DNA of 64,000 nt from Haliotis rubra (Eukaryota), in contig NW_025767181.1 of assembly GCF_003918875.1 (NCBI RefSeq), forward strand, positions 186,001 to 250,000. Direction: 5' to 3'. A model generated the notes under the pieces. The model ran no database searches. It had not been told where the DNA came from and was given only the letters and a program-made list of their open reading frames with translations. The position numbers and the translations under genes were made by a program. Shown in pieces: positions 1 to 13,378 of the stretch (the stretch's first letter is position 1; every line of letters begins with the position of its first letter).

Positions 1-78
1 ATACTTTACCAATCTACAGCTGTCAGATTGGTAAATAAAGTGATCGATACTACCAATTTTATTTCCATTTTTGTGGAA

Positions 79-235
79 GACCCGGTGGCTGAACGGTTTA
101 AATATCTGTGTGTCGGCAATTTGGTGCCAAACTGAGAGTTTGAGTTCGAATACCGCATGGGACAAAACCCAAAGGCACAATAATGTCTGCCTTACTAAGA
201 AAATGTAATCATCAGTGACATGTGATACGGGACAT
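79..235 (+). mobile_element. Degenerate tRNA-headed SINE (family C)
   Basis: A-box-like GGTGGCTGAACGG and B-box-like GAGTTCGAATACC; collinear similarity to 13153-13335 (AACCCAAA...TTACTAAGAAA.TGTAATC). Confidence 0.55.
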
Positions 236-320
236 GCTCTTTGGACATTCAGCTTCTGGTCTTCTGTAAACATTTACCGATGTGGGAGTAGACATTCATA
301 CCAACACGTCCGAGATGAAT

Positions 321-401
321 GAAGTGAGTATTGTTTTACCCCGCCTTTAGCAGAATTCCTGCAATATCACGGAACACACATTGTACCCATATGTGGGGAA
401 T
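321..401 (-). mobile_element. Fragment of family A SINE
   Basis: Matches the tail and body of the full copies, e.g. CACATTGTACCCAT..GTGGGGAAT as at 51353-51375. Confidence 0.6.
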
Positions 402-1463
402 AAGACGAACATACAAATGTGAGGGTTTTCAACAATTTATTGAACACAACACTGCAATCCGTGGTATTAGTGGGCAGTAAATCAACATGACAATAACAGT
501 AACAATAACCAACAACGTTCTACAATAAGAACAATAGGAATACACATGGAGAAAATACATGTTACCTTCTTTTATGTTGGTGAGTCACAAGTCACCATTT
601 GTTTATATAGAACATGGATCCTGTCTTTGAATGACATGTATTAGTGATACACATAAGGAGAAGAGTTTTAGGGATGTCAGCTTTTTTATCATGAGGACCT
701 TCATCGGGTTAATGTCTTTCTTATAATTAAGAAGTTGACATCCATGAAACTATCCTGCGTATATAACACGGAAACGGCCAGCGTTTGATATCAAGAACAA
801 CCCCGACTGGCGACACATATCTGATACGTCCTAGTTCACTAGAATTAAATTTGAGGTCACCGTGGATTGATTCTATCCCCGCCTCCCTGTGAGTGTTAGT
901 AATTATTAAATACCTTCAGACACAACTATTACTGCATGCTTATCTTGAACTGTGTCAGTTCAACAAATCAAACAGCTGGTTATACGCTTGCACTGACGTT
1001 TTGCTCCAGTTGCGTCTATGCTTCTGCTGGCATACTAACGTGCCCGCATTTCTCCATAAGCTCAGCAGCATTTGTTGATAACCACGTCAATTACATTATA
1101 TATTTCTCGGTCGAACATTGAAACATGCACACCCATCCATCCCTACTCTGTTGGAACAAGACAATAGTGCTTAAATGTGTATTACAAGTAATTGTATAAC
1201 AAGATTCAGCAGACGTTCTTAACATTGTCCTTCAAGAATACTTAGTTGTCAGGAATGCTGTACAATCTAATGTGGTCAGTGGTGTGGAGGTTACTTAATA
1301 CTTTTGGAGACAAGTGTAATCTGAGAAAGTTATAGACTAATCCAGCAAGGTGTGGATCTTCTAGACAGTACCTCGACTGGCGTATAAGTAGGCAGGGGCA
1401 TGACTCTATCATCTCACACAACACCCAGACCTGAAGTCTTTGATGACGTTTCCACAAAGTATA

Positions 1464-4150
1464 ATTGTAATTACACTACCACTCAATCTTATACTGCCAT
1501 TGTAATTATACTACCACTCAATCGTATACTGCCATTGTAATTACACTACTACTCAATCTTATACTGCCATTGTAATTATACTACCACTCAATCTTATACT
1601 GCCATTGTAATTATACTACCACTCAATCTTATACTGCCATTGTAATTACACTTAGTCTACCACTCAATCTTATACTGCCATTGTAATTACACTACCACTC
1701 AATCTTATACTGCCATTGTAATTATACTTAGTCAACCACTCAATCTTATACTGCCATTGTAATTATACCAGCACTCAATCTTATACTGCCATTGTAATTA
1801 TACTACCACTCAATCTTATACTGCCATTGTAATTATACTACCACTCAATCGTATACTGCTATTGTAATTATACTACCACTCAATCTTATACTGCCATTGT
1901 AATTATACTTAGTCAACCACTCAATCTTATACTGCCATTGTAATTATACTTAGTCAACCACTCAATCTTATACTGCCATTGTAATTATACCAGCACTCAA
2001 TCTTATACTGCCATTGTAATTACACTACCACTCAATCTTATACTGCCATTGTAATTATACTACCACTCAATCTTATACTGCCATTGTAATTATACTACCA
2101 CTCAATCTTATACTGCCATTGTAATTATACTACCACTCAATCTTATACTGCCATTGTAATTATACTACCACTCAATCTTATACTGCCATTGTAATTATAC
2201 TTAGTCTACCACTCAATCTTATACTGCCATTGTAAATTATACTACCACTCAATCGTATACTGCCATTGTAATTATACTACTACCACTCAATCTTATACTG
2301 CCATTGTAATTATACTACCACTCAATCTTATACTGCCATTGTAATTATACTACCACTCAATCTTATACTGCCATTGTAATTATACTACCACTCAATCTTA
2401 TACTGCCATTGTAATTATACTACCACTCAATCGTATACTGCCATTGTAATTATACTTAGTCTACCACTCAATCTTATACTGCCATTAAAATTATACTACC
2501 ACTCAATCGTAGACTGCCATTGTAATTATACTACCACTCAATCTTATACTGCCATTGTAATTATACTACCACTCAATCTTATACTGCCATTGTAATTATA
2601 CTACCACTCAATCTTATACTGCCATTGTAATTATACTTAGTCTACCACTCAATCTTATACTGCCATTGTAATTATACTACCACTAATCTACCACTCAATC
2701 TTATACTGCCATTGTAATTATACTACCACCACTCAATCTTATACTGCCATTGTAATTATACTACCACTCAATCTTATACTGCCATTGTAATTATACTACC
2801 ACTCAATCTTATACTGCCATTGTAATTATACTTAGTCACTCAATCTTATACTCAATCTTATACCATTGTAATTATACTACCACTCAATCTTATACTGCCA
2901 TTGTAATTATACTACCACTCAATCTTATACTGCCATTGTAATTATACTACCACTCAATCTTATACTGCCATTGTAATTACACTACCACTCAATCTTATAC
3001 TGCCATTGTAATTATACTAATTATACTACCACTCTACCACTCAATCTTATACTGCCATTGTAATTATACTACCACTCAATCTTATACTGCCATTGTAATT
3101 ATACTTAGTCTACCACTCAATCTTATGCTGCCATTGTAAATATACCAGCACTCAATCTTATACTGCCATTGTAATTATACTTAGTCTACCACTCAATCTT
3201 ATACTGCCATTGTAATTATACTACCACTCAATCTTATACTGCCATTGTAATTATACTTAGTCTACCACTCAATCTTATACTGCCATTGTAATTATACTAC
3301 CACTCAATCTTATACTGCCATTGTAATTATACTTACTACCACTCAATCTTATATACTGCCATTGTAATTATACTTAGTCTACCACTCAATCTTATACTGC
3401 CATTGTAATTATACTTACTCTACCACTCAATCTTATACTGCCATTGTAATTATACTACCACTCAATCTTATACTGCCATTGTAATTATACTACCACTCAA
3501 TCTTATACTGCCATTGTAATTATACTACCACTCAATCGTATACTGCCATTGTAATTATACTTAGTCTACCACTCAATCTTATGCTGCCATTAAAATTATA
3601 CTACCACTCAATCGTAGACTGCCATTGTAATTATACTACCACTCAATCTTATACTGCCATTGTAATTATACTACCACTCAATCTTATACTGCCATTGTAA
3701 TTATACTACCACTCAATCTTATACTGCCATTGTAATTATACTACCACTCAATCTTATACTGCCATTGTAATTATACTACCACTCAATCTTATACTGCCAT
3801 TGTAATTACACTTGTAATTACACCACTAAATCTTAGTCTACCACTCAATCTTATACTGCCATTGTAATTACACTACCACTCTCAATCTTATACTGCCATT
3901 GTAATTACACTACCACTCAATCTTATACTGCCATTGTAATTATACCAGCATTCAATCTTATACTGCCATTGTAATTATACTACCACTAAATCTTATCCTG
4001 CCATTGTAATTATACTACCACTCAATCTTATACTGCCATTGTAATTACACTTAGTCTACCACTCAATCGTATACTGCCATTGTAATTATATGACCACTCA
4101 ATCTTATACTGCCATTGTAATTACACGACCACTCAATCTTATACTGTCAC
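1464..4150. repeat. 35-bp minisatellite, ~2.7 kb, with 41-bp variant units
   Basis: Unit TTGTAATTATACTACCACTCAATCTTATACTGCCA repeated ~70-75 times; variant units carry an extra TTAGTC. Confidence 0.97.
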
Positions 4151-4902
4151 TTTATTGTGTACTGTCACAGTAATGATTTTGCAGTAACTAGCATTGATAT
4201 TTGTATATATTTTATTCCATTAGTAAGACATTAATCATTTGTTGGTTTCATTCTGCGAAAATAGATTTCTAGGTTAACTGTTGTTTCAGTTTGGAAGTTG
4301 ACGCCCATCACGTGTTTGTCTGGTCTATATGGAGATTGCCTCCGTATGGCAGGAGTACTGCTGAGCGGAGTCTGGAAATACATACTTACTGTTCTTAATG
4401 GCTGACAGAAGCGCAAGGGCAGAAGCTGCTCACCATTTTCAAGGACACCTGATTTTTAGTGGTCCCTGCACATTATTTTCACAGCTATTTCGCTAGTTAT
4501 ACCTTGTACGGAATCTCAACATTTGTTATGTTCTTGCATAATGTTATATTTACCTCTGACGTGATTCGTTCCTCCAGACAGAATGAACGTATGGCATCGC
4601 ATGTATTCCTACATGTATTTGTATCTGATAACTGTGAGGGACTTCAACTCAAATCATGTATATACTACTTTTGAACGTTGTAAGAAGATGTGTTAGAAGT
4701 GATTGTCCAAGTAGGTCACACTGTCAGTATATTATAAGGCGGTCGAGGTGACCTGGCATTGATTAAATACTGTAAAGAAATATGCGTCTAATTGATTGTT
4801 AGTAATCAATCTGTACGAAGCATGTTTGTCCCAGAATACATACTTACAAAATAAAACTAATGATACACCTGATTCATATAAATATATATACCAGACATCT
4901 GC

Positions 4903-6285
4903 TCACGCGCAATTGCTTACACTCTCAGAAATGGTCGACATTTTCGTCTGCGGCTCAGGGAGAGAAGAATCCCGCTTGTACTTCTTTCGTCTGCAGATCG
5001 TGGCCATGAAGGGAAGTCGTCTGAAGAAGGTTCGTCGGTAGGCCTTACTCAGTGCAATGTAGAACACGAAGTCGGTAGACAGGCTGAACATGATAAGTAA
5101 ACCGTTGACGTCTTTCATCAGCATGTTGACATAATGTTCCTTCCTATACAAAGCATACTCAGCCACAAAACTCTGAACCAGCACGTCTGTTGCCAGAGGA
5201 ATTGCCAGCACTGTAAAGAGGAAGGTCGACGTCAGGATGGTGATTGTCGTCTGCCTCTCTCGCTTTGCCGTCTTCTCTTCGTCCACAGTCGTGTTCATCT
5301 TCGCCCTGTTCTTTCTGTGTTTCCTGAGAGCCAGGAGAACGCACAGGTTCATGATGAGGCCGCACACGAGGACGGGATAGGTGAAGAGAATATTGTTGGC
5401 GATTGAAAGACCGTTGAGGAAATCCTTGTTATTTATGTACATCGTCGATGGCACGAGAGAAAAGTCTGTCGAGTTGGGTTTGGGAACGATGTCGAATTTC
5501 AATGCTCCCGGTAATTGACAAGAAAAGCAAAAAATCGTCACCGATATTATAAAGATAATTGGTGATTTGATTAGACGAAAATTTCTGTACTTCAAAGGGA
5601 AGGCAACAGCTAGGAAGCGTTCTGTGGACACCAGAACAGTCAAACAGTACATCAGGACACGGAGAGTTGCCGAACAAACACTTGATCCATACATAGCAAA
5701 ATATAGATAGTCTTGCCTCTTGACTGCGTCAGATCCATATGCTTGTCTCAGAATGTGCCTCACACTGGTTAACAAGGCAAAGAGGAGTTCGTCAGTGGCG
5801 AGAGCTATCAGGTAGGTGCTTGTGGGACTCCTCATGGCGGGGTCCGTGTACACCAACAGATTGAATGTGTTGACGAGAATTGCACTGATGAACAGAGGGT
5901 AGAAGAGATACAGAGAGACTTTCGCCCCGACTTCATACTGTTCCTTGGAGAGCTGTCCCTGCGAGATGATGGAAATACGAGGTTGGTTTGGTAACTCACA
6001 GTTTTCTTGTGTGCCTTCCTTGCACGAGTTGGTCTTGGTCTCACCGTCGGTGTCGTTGAAGTCGTGTACATCAGGAGTGTCACACATCACCCCGTCAATA
6101 TCGCCAGCCAGTAAATCTGGTACAGTACAGTTCCCCGACCTGGAAACAGACTTTGTATCAGGACTTGTGAAGTCCAATTCCCCCTGGTCACCGTAGTCCG
6201 AGGTTGTCAAGGTTTGTTCGGCCCAACCCAAACCGGCGCCCAACAATACAGTAAAGCAACAGATGTAAAGTGTATGAAGCGCCAT
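4903..6285 (-). CDS. Class A GPCR, FMRFamide-receptor/Srw-like orphan, array copy 1
   Basis: Signal-peptide-like MALHTLYICCFTVLLG, Cys/N-glycosylation-rich ectodomain, seven hydrophobic helices, TM3 STERFLAVAFP (DRY equivalent), TM7 STDFVFY then SKAYR. ORF runs to 6327; MALH chosen as start because it is shared by copies 1-3 and the upstream ATG hits a stop in copy 2. Confidence 0.9.
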   Translation of the reverse strand: MALHTLYICCFTVLLGAGLGWAEQTLTTSDYGDQGELDFTSPDTKSVSRSGNCTVPDLLAGDIDGVMCDTPDVHDFNDTDGETKTNSCKEGTQENCELPNQPRISIISQGQLSKEQYEVGAKVSLYLFYPLFISAILVNTFNLLVYTDPAMRSPTSTYLIALATDELLFALLTSVRHILRQAYGSDAVKRQDYLYFAMYGSSVCSATLRVLMYCLTVLVSTERFLAVAFPLKYRNFRLIKSPIIFIISVTIFCFSCQLPGALKFDIVPKPNSTDFSLVPSTMYINNKDFLNGLSIANNILFTYPVLVCGLIMNLCVLLALRKHRKNRAKMNTTVDEEKTAKRERQTTITILTSTFLFTVLAIPLATDVLVQSFVAEYALYRKEHYVNMLMKDVNGLLIMFSLSTDFVFYIALSKAYRRTFFRRLPFMATICRRKKYKRDSSLPEPQTKMSTISESVSNCA

Positions 6286-7325
6286 CTCAAGCCGCCCGAG
6301 TCTATGTCCTGTGTACATGCGCCACACTTATATACCCGGTGGTTGGGTGGGGAATATGACAGATCTATTTACTGGACAGCCTCACATGACAACCAGTGAC
6401 ATCAGATGATCTGACAAGAATCGATTTCAAAGAATGAAAATTGATTTCTTGCAATTGTCTTGAAAATTCCCACCGCAAATACGATAACCTTGTGTTCCAT
6501 ATATGTTCATTGGAAGACAACATTGATGGACAGTTGATGCACTGGCTTCGCCCATACGTAACTGAATGTCCAATCACAGGGCAACTGGTTATTTGTCTGA
6601 TGTATGGACAGCTGTCCGTCAAGATGAAGCTCTTGGAAACATATTTCATACGCTTTCGCGTGGACGGGTGTAGTGTGTACTGTTAGACCCAGCTGTCCAA
6701 GATCATAGGAACGTCTATGTCTGAAAACTCACGTATCATCAGGGAAAACATCGAGCAACTGATCACTGGAGTATGGAATAAGCAGTCTCGGGATTCAGAT
6801 ACTGTTTGGTCTGATAGAATATGGATAACAACTGGTGAAAATAGTGTTTAAGAAGTGGTAACTGCCTTTTATTTACATAAATCATACAGATAACGAACAC
6901 GAAACAACGTAATAAACTAAATGTATTAAAGATTAACTTAACATCAAGGTAGGTTCTATGTAAGCTGTATACCGATTGCATATATACACAGATATATATC
7001 TGTTTGTGTCTCTGTGTGTGTGGTTTGTCGCTCTCGTATATCTGCACGTGAGAGGGAATGTAATGTGTTCACGTGCAGGTCAAGTTAGATAGTTTTGACG
7101 ATCAACTTGAAATTAATGTATGATGTGAAATATGCAAATGAAATGCAGTAGTTAAAATATGTAGTTTGCCCATGTATGTACTCAGTTTTTTCCTGAACCA
7201 TTACAGTTAAAGTACGGGGACGCTTGCGTTTGGACGTTATAGTAGTTAAGGGCAAAACTATGCTACATATATGGGTAGAGTAAACTCTTACTTTGTCAGA
7301 TGCTGAATTTAAGCCTAACAATATA

Positions 7326-7433
7326 CAGTGGAAGCCCTCTTAACCGGCAGTCCTCCAATCCGGCATGCTCTCAATACCGGCACTATAATTTTTTGCCGGT
7401 CCTAACGAATGCCGGTTTCGTGGGCTTCCACTG
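7326..7433. mobile_element. Tc1/pogo-type MITE
   Basis: TA|CAGTGGAAGCCC...GGGCTTCCACTG|TA terminal inverted repeats (TIRs) with TA duplication. Confidence 0.8.
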
Positions 7434-8433
7434 TAATTTAACACTGAGACGCGTTTAATTCAATCTATATTAACTGAAAATTCTCAGGATAAATGGCGGT
7501 GTCAAGTTCATTCTTATTCCTTTGGCAACGGACACCTTTGTTTGGGTCCCGCCATGGTGAACCAGGGGTGTCTGTCATCATCGGCACTGTCAAGACTGTT
7601 CACTTCGAAATGCTCCTAAAAATATTACGTCATCGATTTCGCAAAGGGGACGCGAAAATATATCATCGATCTGCTTGATTTTGGAAAATGAGCTTGATCA
7701 TAAAATATTTAACGGATCAATTGCTACCATTCTATTTCATTTGTTTCACCAGTGCTTGTTTTTCCTTTTAACGGCAGACAACGACATAATGTGTTGTACT
7801 CGAAAAAATCCATTTACCGATCTCGCCGATCGATATTTCACATGGATGTCTGACGAAGCCCCGGAATATACAATGCCATGTGTGCGTTGGTCCACACCGT
7901 ACGTCATCACAGTCGCCATGCGATGGTGTCATACACACAAACCAGACGAACAAGTGACTGCTTATTAGTACAGACAAATCTTTTTGCAGCACATTTGGAA
8001 GTAAGAGCGATGCAATGCAAACTTATTGCTATCACAAAATATCATTCAGAAATTCAATAACCCAACGCTCGGATATATATATAAGAAACACACTATTCCA
8101 CTATTCGATGTCATGATGTCCATGGCATAAGGACATGTCCATAATAAGCGAAACTGGCAGCACTTATTACAATTGAAACACATACATTGGAAACACTCCA
8201 TGATCTAGTTGGTACTAGTGAATCAACTTCTTTGAGAGACATTTAGAAGTTGGCGCAGTAGTGAAGGATAACAATATATGGATGAACCTCTTTATCTCAG
8301 TGAGAGTGACGTTTCGCTGTAGGTTCTAACACTGTTGTCAAGCAAGTGATGAACATAATAATTCATGATCAAATGTTTATTTATGAAGTGCATATGGTAT
8401 AGTATAGGATCACTTTAACAAAAGATTCACATT

Positions 8434-8700
8434 TCATTTCAATCCGTTTCTGCACTTGAAGGCATATTTGAAGTACATGTATAACATAACAGATATTAAA
8501 TCTTGATAGTTTGTGGTTGCCATAAGGCAATTAAGTTTTTGTACTGAAGGTCGACTTAAATATGTATTTGGTATGTATAGCCTTCGAATGTCCTTTAAGG
8601 ATGGCCATTTAAGGATCAAGAGGCAGAGTGTTTGTACAGTACAATGGAAACTTGGACTGCAATAGCACGGGGAAGCGTTGGGGAACAGTTCAAATGGTGG
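8434..8700 (-). mobile_element. 3' ORF2 remnant of a CR1/L2-group LINE
   Basis: Translation PSLKDIRRLYIPNTYLSRPSVQKLNCLM...YAFKCR resembles the C-terminus of invertebrate CR1/L2-group ORF2; similar relic at 51774. Confidence 0.4.
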
Positions 8701-9177
8701 ATAGGCTTATGTAGGTGAAACAGCCCAAAATAAATAATGTCTGGGTTGGAAAAATATTAACATGTAATGACACCTTGTCTTAAGAAATAGTACAAGGTGA
8801 ATTATATGAATTTGACTGAAAAAGGTAACAAGATGGATTAGTGTCGATAATTAGCCACGTGATCTAGATTGATTTCAAATAACAAATGCAATGATATTGT
8901 GAGTATTTGGAAAAAATCCCAAGGAAGACCGGCTTACAGGAATATTTTACCAGGTAGAAACAACATCCTGTTACTTTTCGTCCACGCAAGTCAGTTCGAT
9001 GAAGGCCAGAAGTCTTCTTCTTCAAGCTTTAACATAGGAAACAGCCAGTCTTCAAGAACCGGAAAAGTGAACTGTAAACAAGCTCCCGACAGTAGAGGTC
9101 TCTAAGCCGGAAGTGTAACGAAGGCTTCAAACGCTGGGCGGAACTTGCAACCACAACACGTGACTGAGATCAGTGAG

Positions 9178-10010
9178 CAGCCCGTGAACATCTGGGTTAG
9201 AACTGGACGTCACCGATCCATGCTTGTCGTAAGAGGCGAAGAACTAAATCGAAATCAAATCACAGTCGCGTAGATCGATGTTTAAGGTGTCACGCAGTGA
9301 GTCTGGTCCAGACGGACCACCGTCACAGTCACGTAGATCGATGTTTAAGGTGTCCCTCAGTGAGTCTGGTCCAGACGGTTACGGGCCACCGTCACAGTCA
9401 CGTAGATCGATGTTTAAGGTGTAACTCAGTGAGTCTGGTCCAGACGGTTACGGGCCACCGTCACAGTCACGTAGATCGATGTTTAAGGTGTAACTCAGTG
9501 AGTCTGGTCCAGACGGTTACGGGCCACCGTCACAGTCACGTAGATCGACGTTTAAGGTGTAACTCAGTGAGTCTGGTCCAGACGGACCACCGTCACAGTC
9601 ACGTAGATCGATGTTTAAGGTGTAACTCAGTGAGTCTGGTCCAGACGGACCACCGTCACAGTCACGTAGATCGATGTTTAAGGTGTCACCGTCACAGACG
9701 GTTACGGGCCACGTCAGTCACGTAGATCGATGTTTAAGGTGTCACTCAGTGAGTCTGGTCCAGACGGTTACGGTCCACCGTCACAGTCACGTAGATCGAT
9801 GTTTAAGGTGTAACTCAGTGAGTTTGGTCCAGACGGACCACCGTCACAGTCACGTAGATCGATGTTTAAGGTGTCATTCAGTGAGTCTGGTCCAGACGGT
9901 TACGGACCGTAGATCGATGTTTAAGGTGTCCCTCAGTGAGTCTGGTCCAGACGAGCCACCGTCACAGAGATGGACTGTTGCTCAACCAGCAAGGAAACAG
10001 TCAAACAAAA
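9178..10010 (+). mobile_element. Family B SINE with internal tandem amplification
   Basis: Head CCCGTGAACATCTGGGTTAGAA...CCATGCTTGTCGTAAGAGGCGA matches 54770-54830; degenerate tail follows the array. Confidence 0.65.
9261..9967. repeat. 63/69-bp minisatellite, ~11 units
   Basis: CGTAGATCG recurs at 9332, 9401, 9470, 9539, 9602 and onward (periods 69 and 63). Confidence 0.95.
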
Positions 10011-11521
10011 AGGCTTCATGTATGAGCGTCAGTGCACCACAGCTAAAGCCCCATTCGTCACCACTCGCCCCTTTCCGTAACCGGAAAGAAGACTCAAAGA
10101 AGACTCGTCCCCCGCCTCGATGCATGTTAAGTGCGAAAATATGACAAACCAATCAGAACGCGAGTAACGATTTTGGTGCTTTGGTAAAAATAATCCCGAG
10201 TACTTAAATCGTTTATGGCATTATGGCATTATTTAAAAAAACATGAAAAATATATATCGTCACATTGAAAGTACAAAGAGCGTAGCTAACAGAATTGAGC
10301 TGCCTAATGTGAAGATTTTAATAAGAATAATGCGACTGACGGTGAGATTCAAACAGACGCCCATACTGCTCTCATGGGAGTGTATTTCTGATGATCTTGC
10401 GGGCTTGGGTTGGAGATTGTACGTGCGCTTTCCAACATTATTTTTTAATATAGTTATAAATCGCTACGAGTTAGTTTTAAAACAATAACTTTATATCTAT
10501 ATAAGACTAATCAACTTTAGTCTTTAACATTGGGCTTATATTTCACATCCTTTGGTTATAATTTAGTCTGACGTTTTGGGGTCATTCAGATATTTTTCAG
10601 CGTATTCATTTTAAAAATCCACCAGGGTTTTGGCAGCAAGGTTACGTAAATGTTTGATAATGTTTCTGTTTGAGAAATATTTTAACGTAATATTTTAGTA
10701 TCTGCTTTGGGATTTAATGTTGCTGGAAAACACATTCTTCTATTTGCATATTCAATAAAACAAATCCCTTTTGTGATTCTTAAACCCCATTTAGAATCAT
10801 ACATGTACATTTGGCAATGTAAGGTGAACAGCTGGTAATAATTACGCTAGAAAACGTTTTTAACACATTGTTTTCTCCTTCTTTTACTTGTATGAAATTC
10901 TTTAAAATAAAGAAATGAAAACAAAAACAGCAATACAATATACGAGAGCATCGGTGATATTAAATACCATTGGAATCAAACAGGAATAGAGTGATCGTTC
11001 TTGTTTAAAGTAGTTCTGATGTTCTTGCTGCAATATGAAATCCTTCCAGATGGGCACGAGGCGCTACTCGGCTTGTCCCGGAGTTTGTCACGAATTTTAA
11101 TGCCCGCGATGTTATGTCTGCTTCAAATTTGCTGTCATCATTATGCACACTATAAACTAATACATAACACCGACCTCTTAATGCTGATCAGCCATACTGA
11201 CAATGAAGATGTAAAGTATATTTACAAAAGTCAGCTAAAGAACTGAATTAAAAACAGAAAAACCGGCTGCACAATGAATAAGGCTTCTATATCCTACTAA
11301 GCGTCCATTACATTACAGCCTTATCCTTCGAAACGTTCATGATGTTTTTGCTTTATCGGAATAATTGTAGAAACTGTTGAGTGTTTCTCATCTTTAGGAC
11401 TTGTACTTGTTAACCTACATTAATCCCCGGATCAGTTCCCGTGGATCACGCAATCTCAAATCACCTTTCCCATACGTCAACGTGTTCGTTAGTGTTACTG
11501 AATGATTTACTAAGAGAAAGA

Positions 11522-11683
11522 CTGACTGAGTTTAGTTTTACGCCGCTTTTAGCAATATTCCAGCAATATCACGGCGGGGGACACCAGAAATGGGCTTAAC
11601 ACATTGTGCCCTTGTGGGGAATCGAACCCGGGTCTTCGGCGTGACGAGCCAACGCTTTAACCACTAGGCTACCCCACCGCCCC
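11522..11683 (-). mobile_element. Full-length family A SINE (tRNA-Asp-like head)
   Basis: A/B boxes, GTC anticodon-like loop, (TCAG)n tail, 12-bp TSD CTAAGAGAAAGA (11510-11521 / 11684-11695); absent from the paralogous site near 18570. Confidence 0.9.
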
Positions 11684-11699
11684 CTAAGAGAAAGAGAGG

Positions 11700-13110
11700 A
11701 AAGTAGTGCTTTATCCAGCTAATCCTTCATCAAGTAGGGCATTATCCTACTACTTGTTCATTATAGCAGAGCTTCACTCCACTAATGTTTCAATGCAATA
11801 GGGCACCATGCTACTAAATTTTCATTACAGTATAACAATATCCCACTAATTGTTTATTATAGTACAAAGTTACCCCACTAAGTGTTCATAATAAACTTAG
11901 TAGAGCTTTATCCCACTTATCATTCGACATATTAGGGCATTATTCAACTTATCTTTTATAATAGGGTATAGAGCTACTAAATGTTCATTATAGTAGGGCA
12001 ATATCATACAATATTCACTTTAGTGCGGCACGATCCATCAAGTCGTTTGCTTGCAGTACGTTACTGTACTACTCATTATAGTAGGGCATTTCCTACTGAA
12101 AGTTCATTATAGTGGAACTTAACCCTACTAACTGTTCATTTTAGTAGGGCATTATCCAACAAATAGTTTGTTTTCTACGCCAATATCCTACTAATTGTAC
12201 ATTATAGAACGGCGTTATTCCACAAATTGTTCATTTTACAAGGACCTTGTCCTGCTATTGTTTGGCTTTAGTAAGGCACTGTCCAACTAACTGTTTATAC
12301 AGTAGGGCAATATCCTGTTAATCGTTCTGTATAGCAAGGCGGCAATACTCCCGAACTGTTCATTATGAACTGACGTACAAAAGAAAGTACACACCTGGTG
12401 CTTTTCGATTACTTTCCAAGGAGCGACGTAATTGTTTTGAAGAGAGTTTTTACAGTGATATATAGTCACAGACTTTCCTAATATGTTGCCAAAACACCAC
12501 AGATTTAGTGCCCAATTGCGAAATTGCCAGTCAAAATAACTACACTTTTCAAAATAATACCAAAATACCAGGTGTGTACTTTCTTTTGTCCGTCAGTTTA
12601 GCAGAGCCTTATCCCTTTACGTCTTCGCTTCAGTATGGCTTTGTCCTACTTATTGCTCGCTTTGGTAGGGCAATATTACACTAACTGATCACTAAGTGGT
12701 CATCATGGTAGGGCAATATTACAATAACTGATCTCTAAATGGTCATCATGGTAGGGCAATATTACACTAACTGATCACTAAATGGTCGTAGGGCAATATT
12801 ACACTAACTGATCTCTAAATGGTCACCATGGTAGTGCAATATTACACTAACTGATCACTAAATGGTCATCATGGTAGCGGAATATCGTACTAATTGTTCC
12901 TTATAGTAAGTCAAAATCATACTAACTGTGCAATTTAGTAGGGCAATTTCCCACTAATTGTTCAACACAAGAGGGTATCGTCCTCCTAATTGTCTAAATC
13001 CAACCAATTTCTTTACAGTAAAGCGTTGCCCAAATAATCTTTCTTTATACTCGGGCATTATCCAACTAATCCATCATTATATTTGGCCATTGTGCTACTA
13101 AATGTATATT
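11700..13110. repeat. Old degenerate ~32-bp tandem array containing a younger 43-bp sub-array (12663-12880)
   Basis: Recurring CTACTAATTGTTCATTATAGTAGGGCATTATC-like units; ~5 copies of GGTAGGGCAATATTACACTAACTGATCACTAAATGGTCATCAT. Confidence 0.85.
12368..12598. mobile_element. Tc1-type MITE inserted in the tandem array
   Basis: ~31-bp TIR AACTGACGTACAAAAGAAAGTACACACCTGG / CCAGGTGTGTACTTTCTTTTGTCCGTCAGTT; TA on the right flank. Confidence 0.8.
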
Positions 13111-13152
13111 ATTGCAGAAAGGTATCTTTATAACCGAGATTTGAAGGTGGAA

Positions 13153-13335
13153 GCCGCGGTGGCTGAGCGGTCTAGGCGTCTGACTTTGTGTGCTGGCGAT
13201 TAGGTGCCTGACTCTGAGGGTGTGGGTTCGAATCCCGGATTGGACTCAACCCAAAAAGTACTAGAATCTGATCTGTACATTACTAAGAAAGTGTAATCCC
13301 AAATATAACATATGTAGCACTGATATCGCTGTACC
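13153..13335 (+). mobile_element. tRNA-headed SINE (family C)
   Basis: A box GGTGGCTGAGCGGTCTAGG, B box GGTTCGAATCC, non-tRNA 3' body shared with 79-235. Confidence 0.6.
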
Positions 13336-13378
13336 ACTTCAAATTCAATAAAAACATTGCCTCCAGCAGTAAAGGAAT

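Noticed and set aside
5134-5406. Antisense and alternate-frame ORFs recurring over each GPCR (also 16349, 25918, 35493, 46234)
   Set aside because: Shadows of near-identical paralogous coding DNA; recurrence is not independent evidence.
9297-10144. His/Cys-rich repeat ORFs
   Set aside because: Arise from 63/69-bp repeat units, with GTG or incidental starts and no other gene evidence.
13153-13245. Possible tRNA gene
   Set aside because: A and B boxes present but no clean cloverleaf or T-run terminator; shares a non-tRNA tail with 79-235, so called a SINE.
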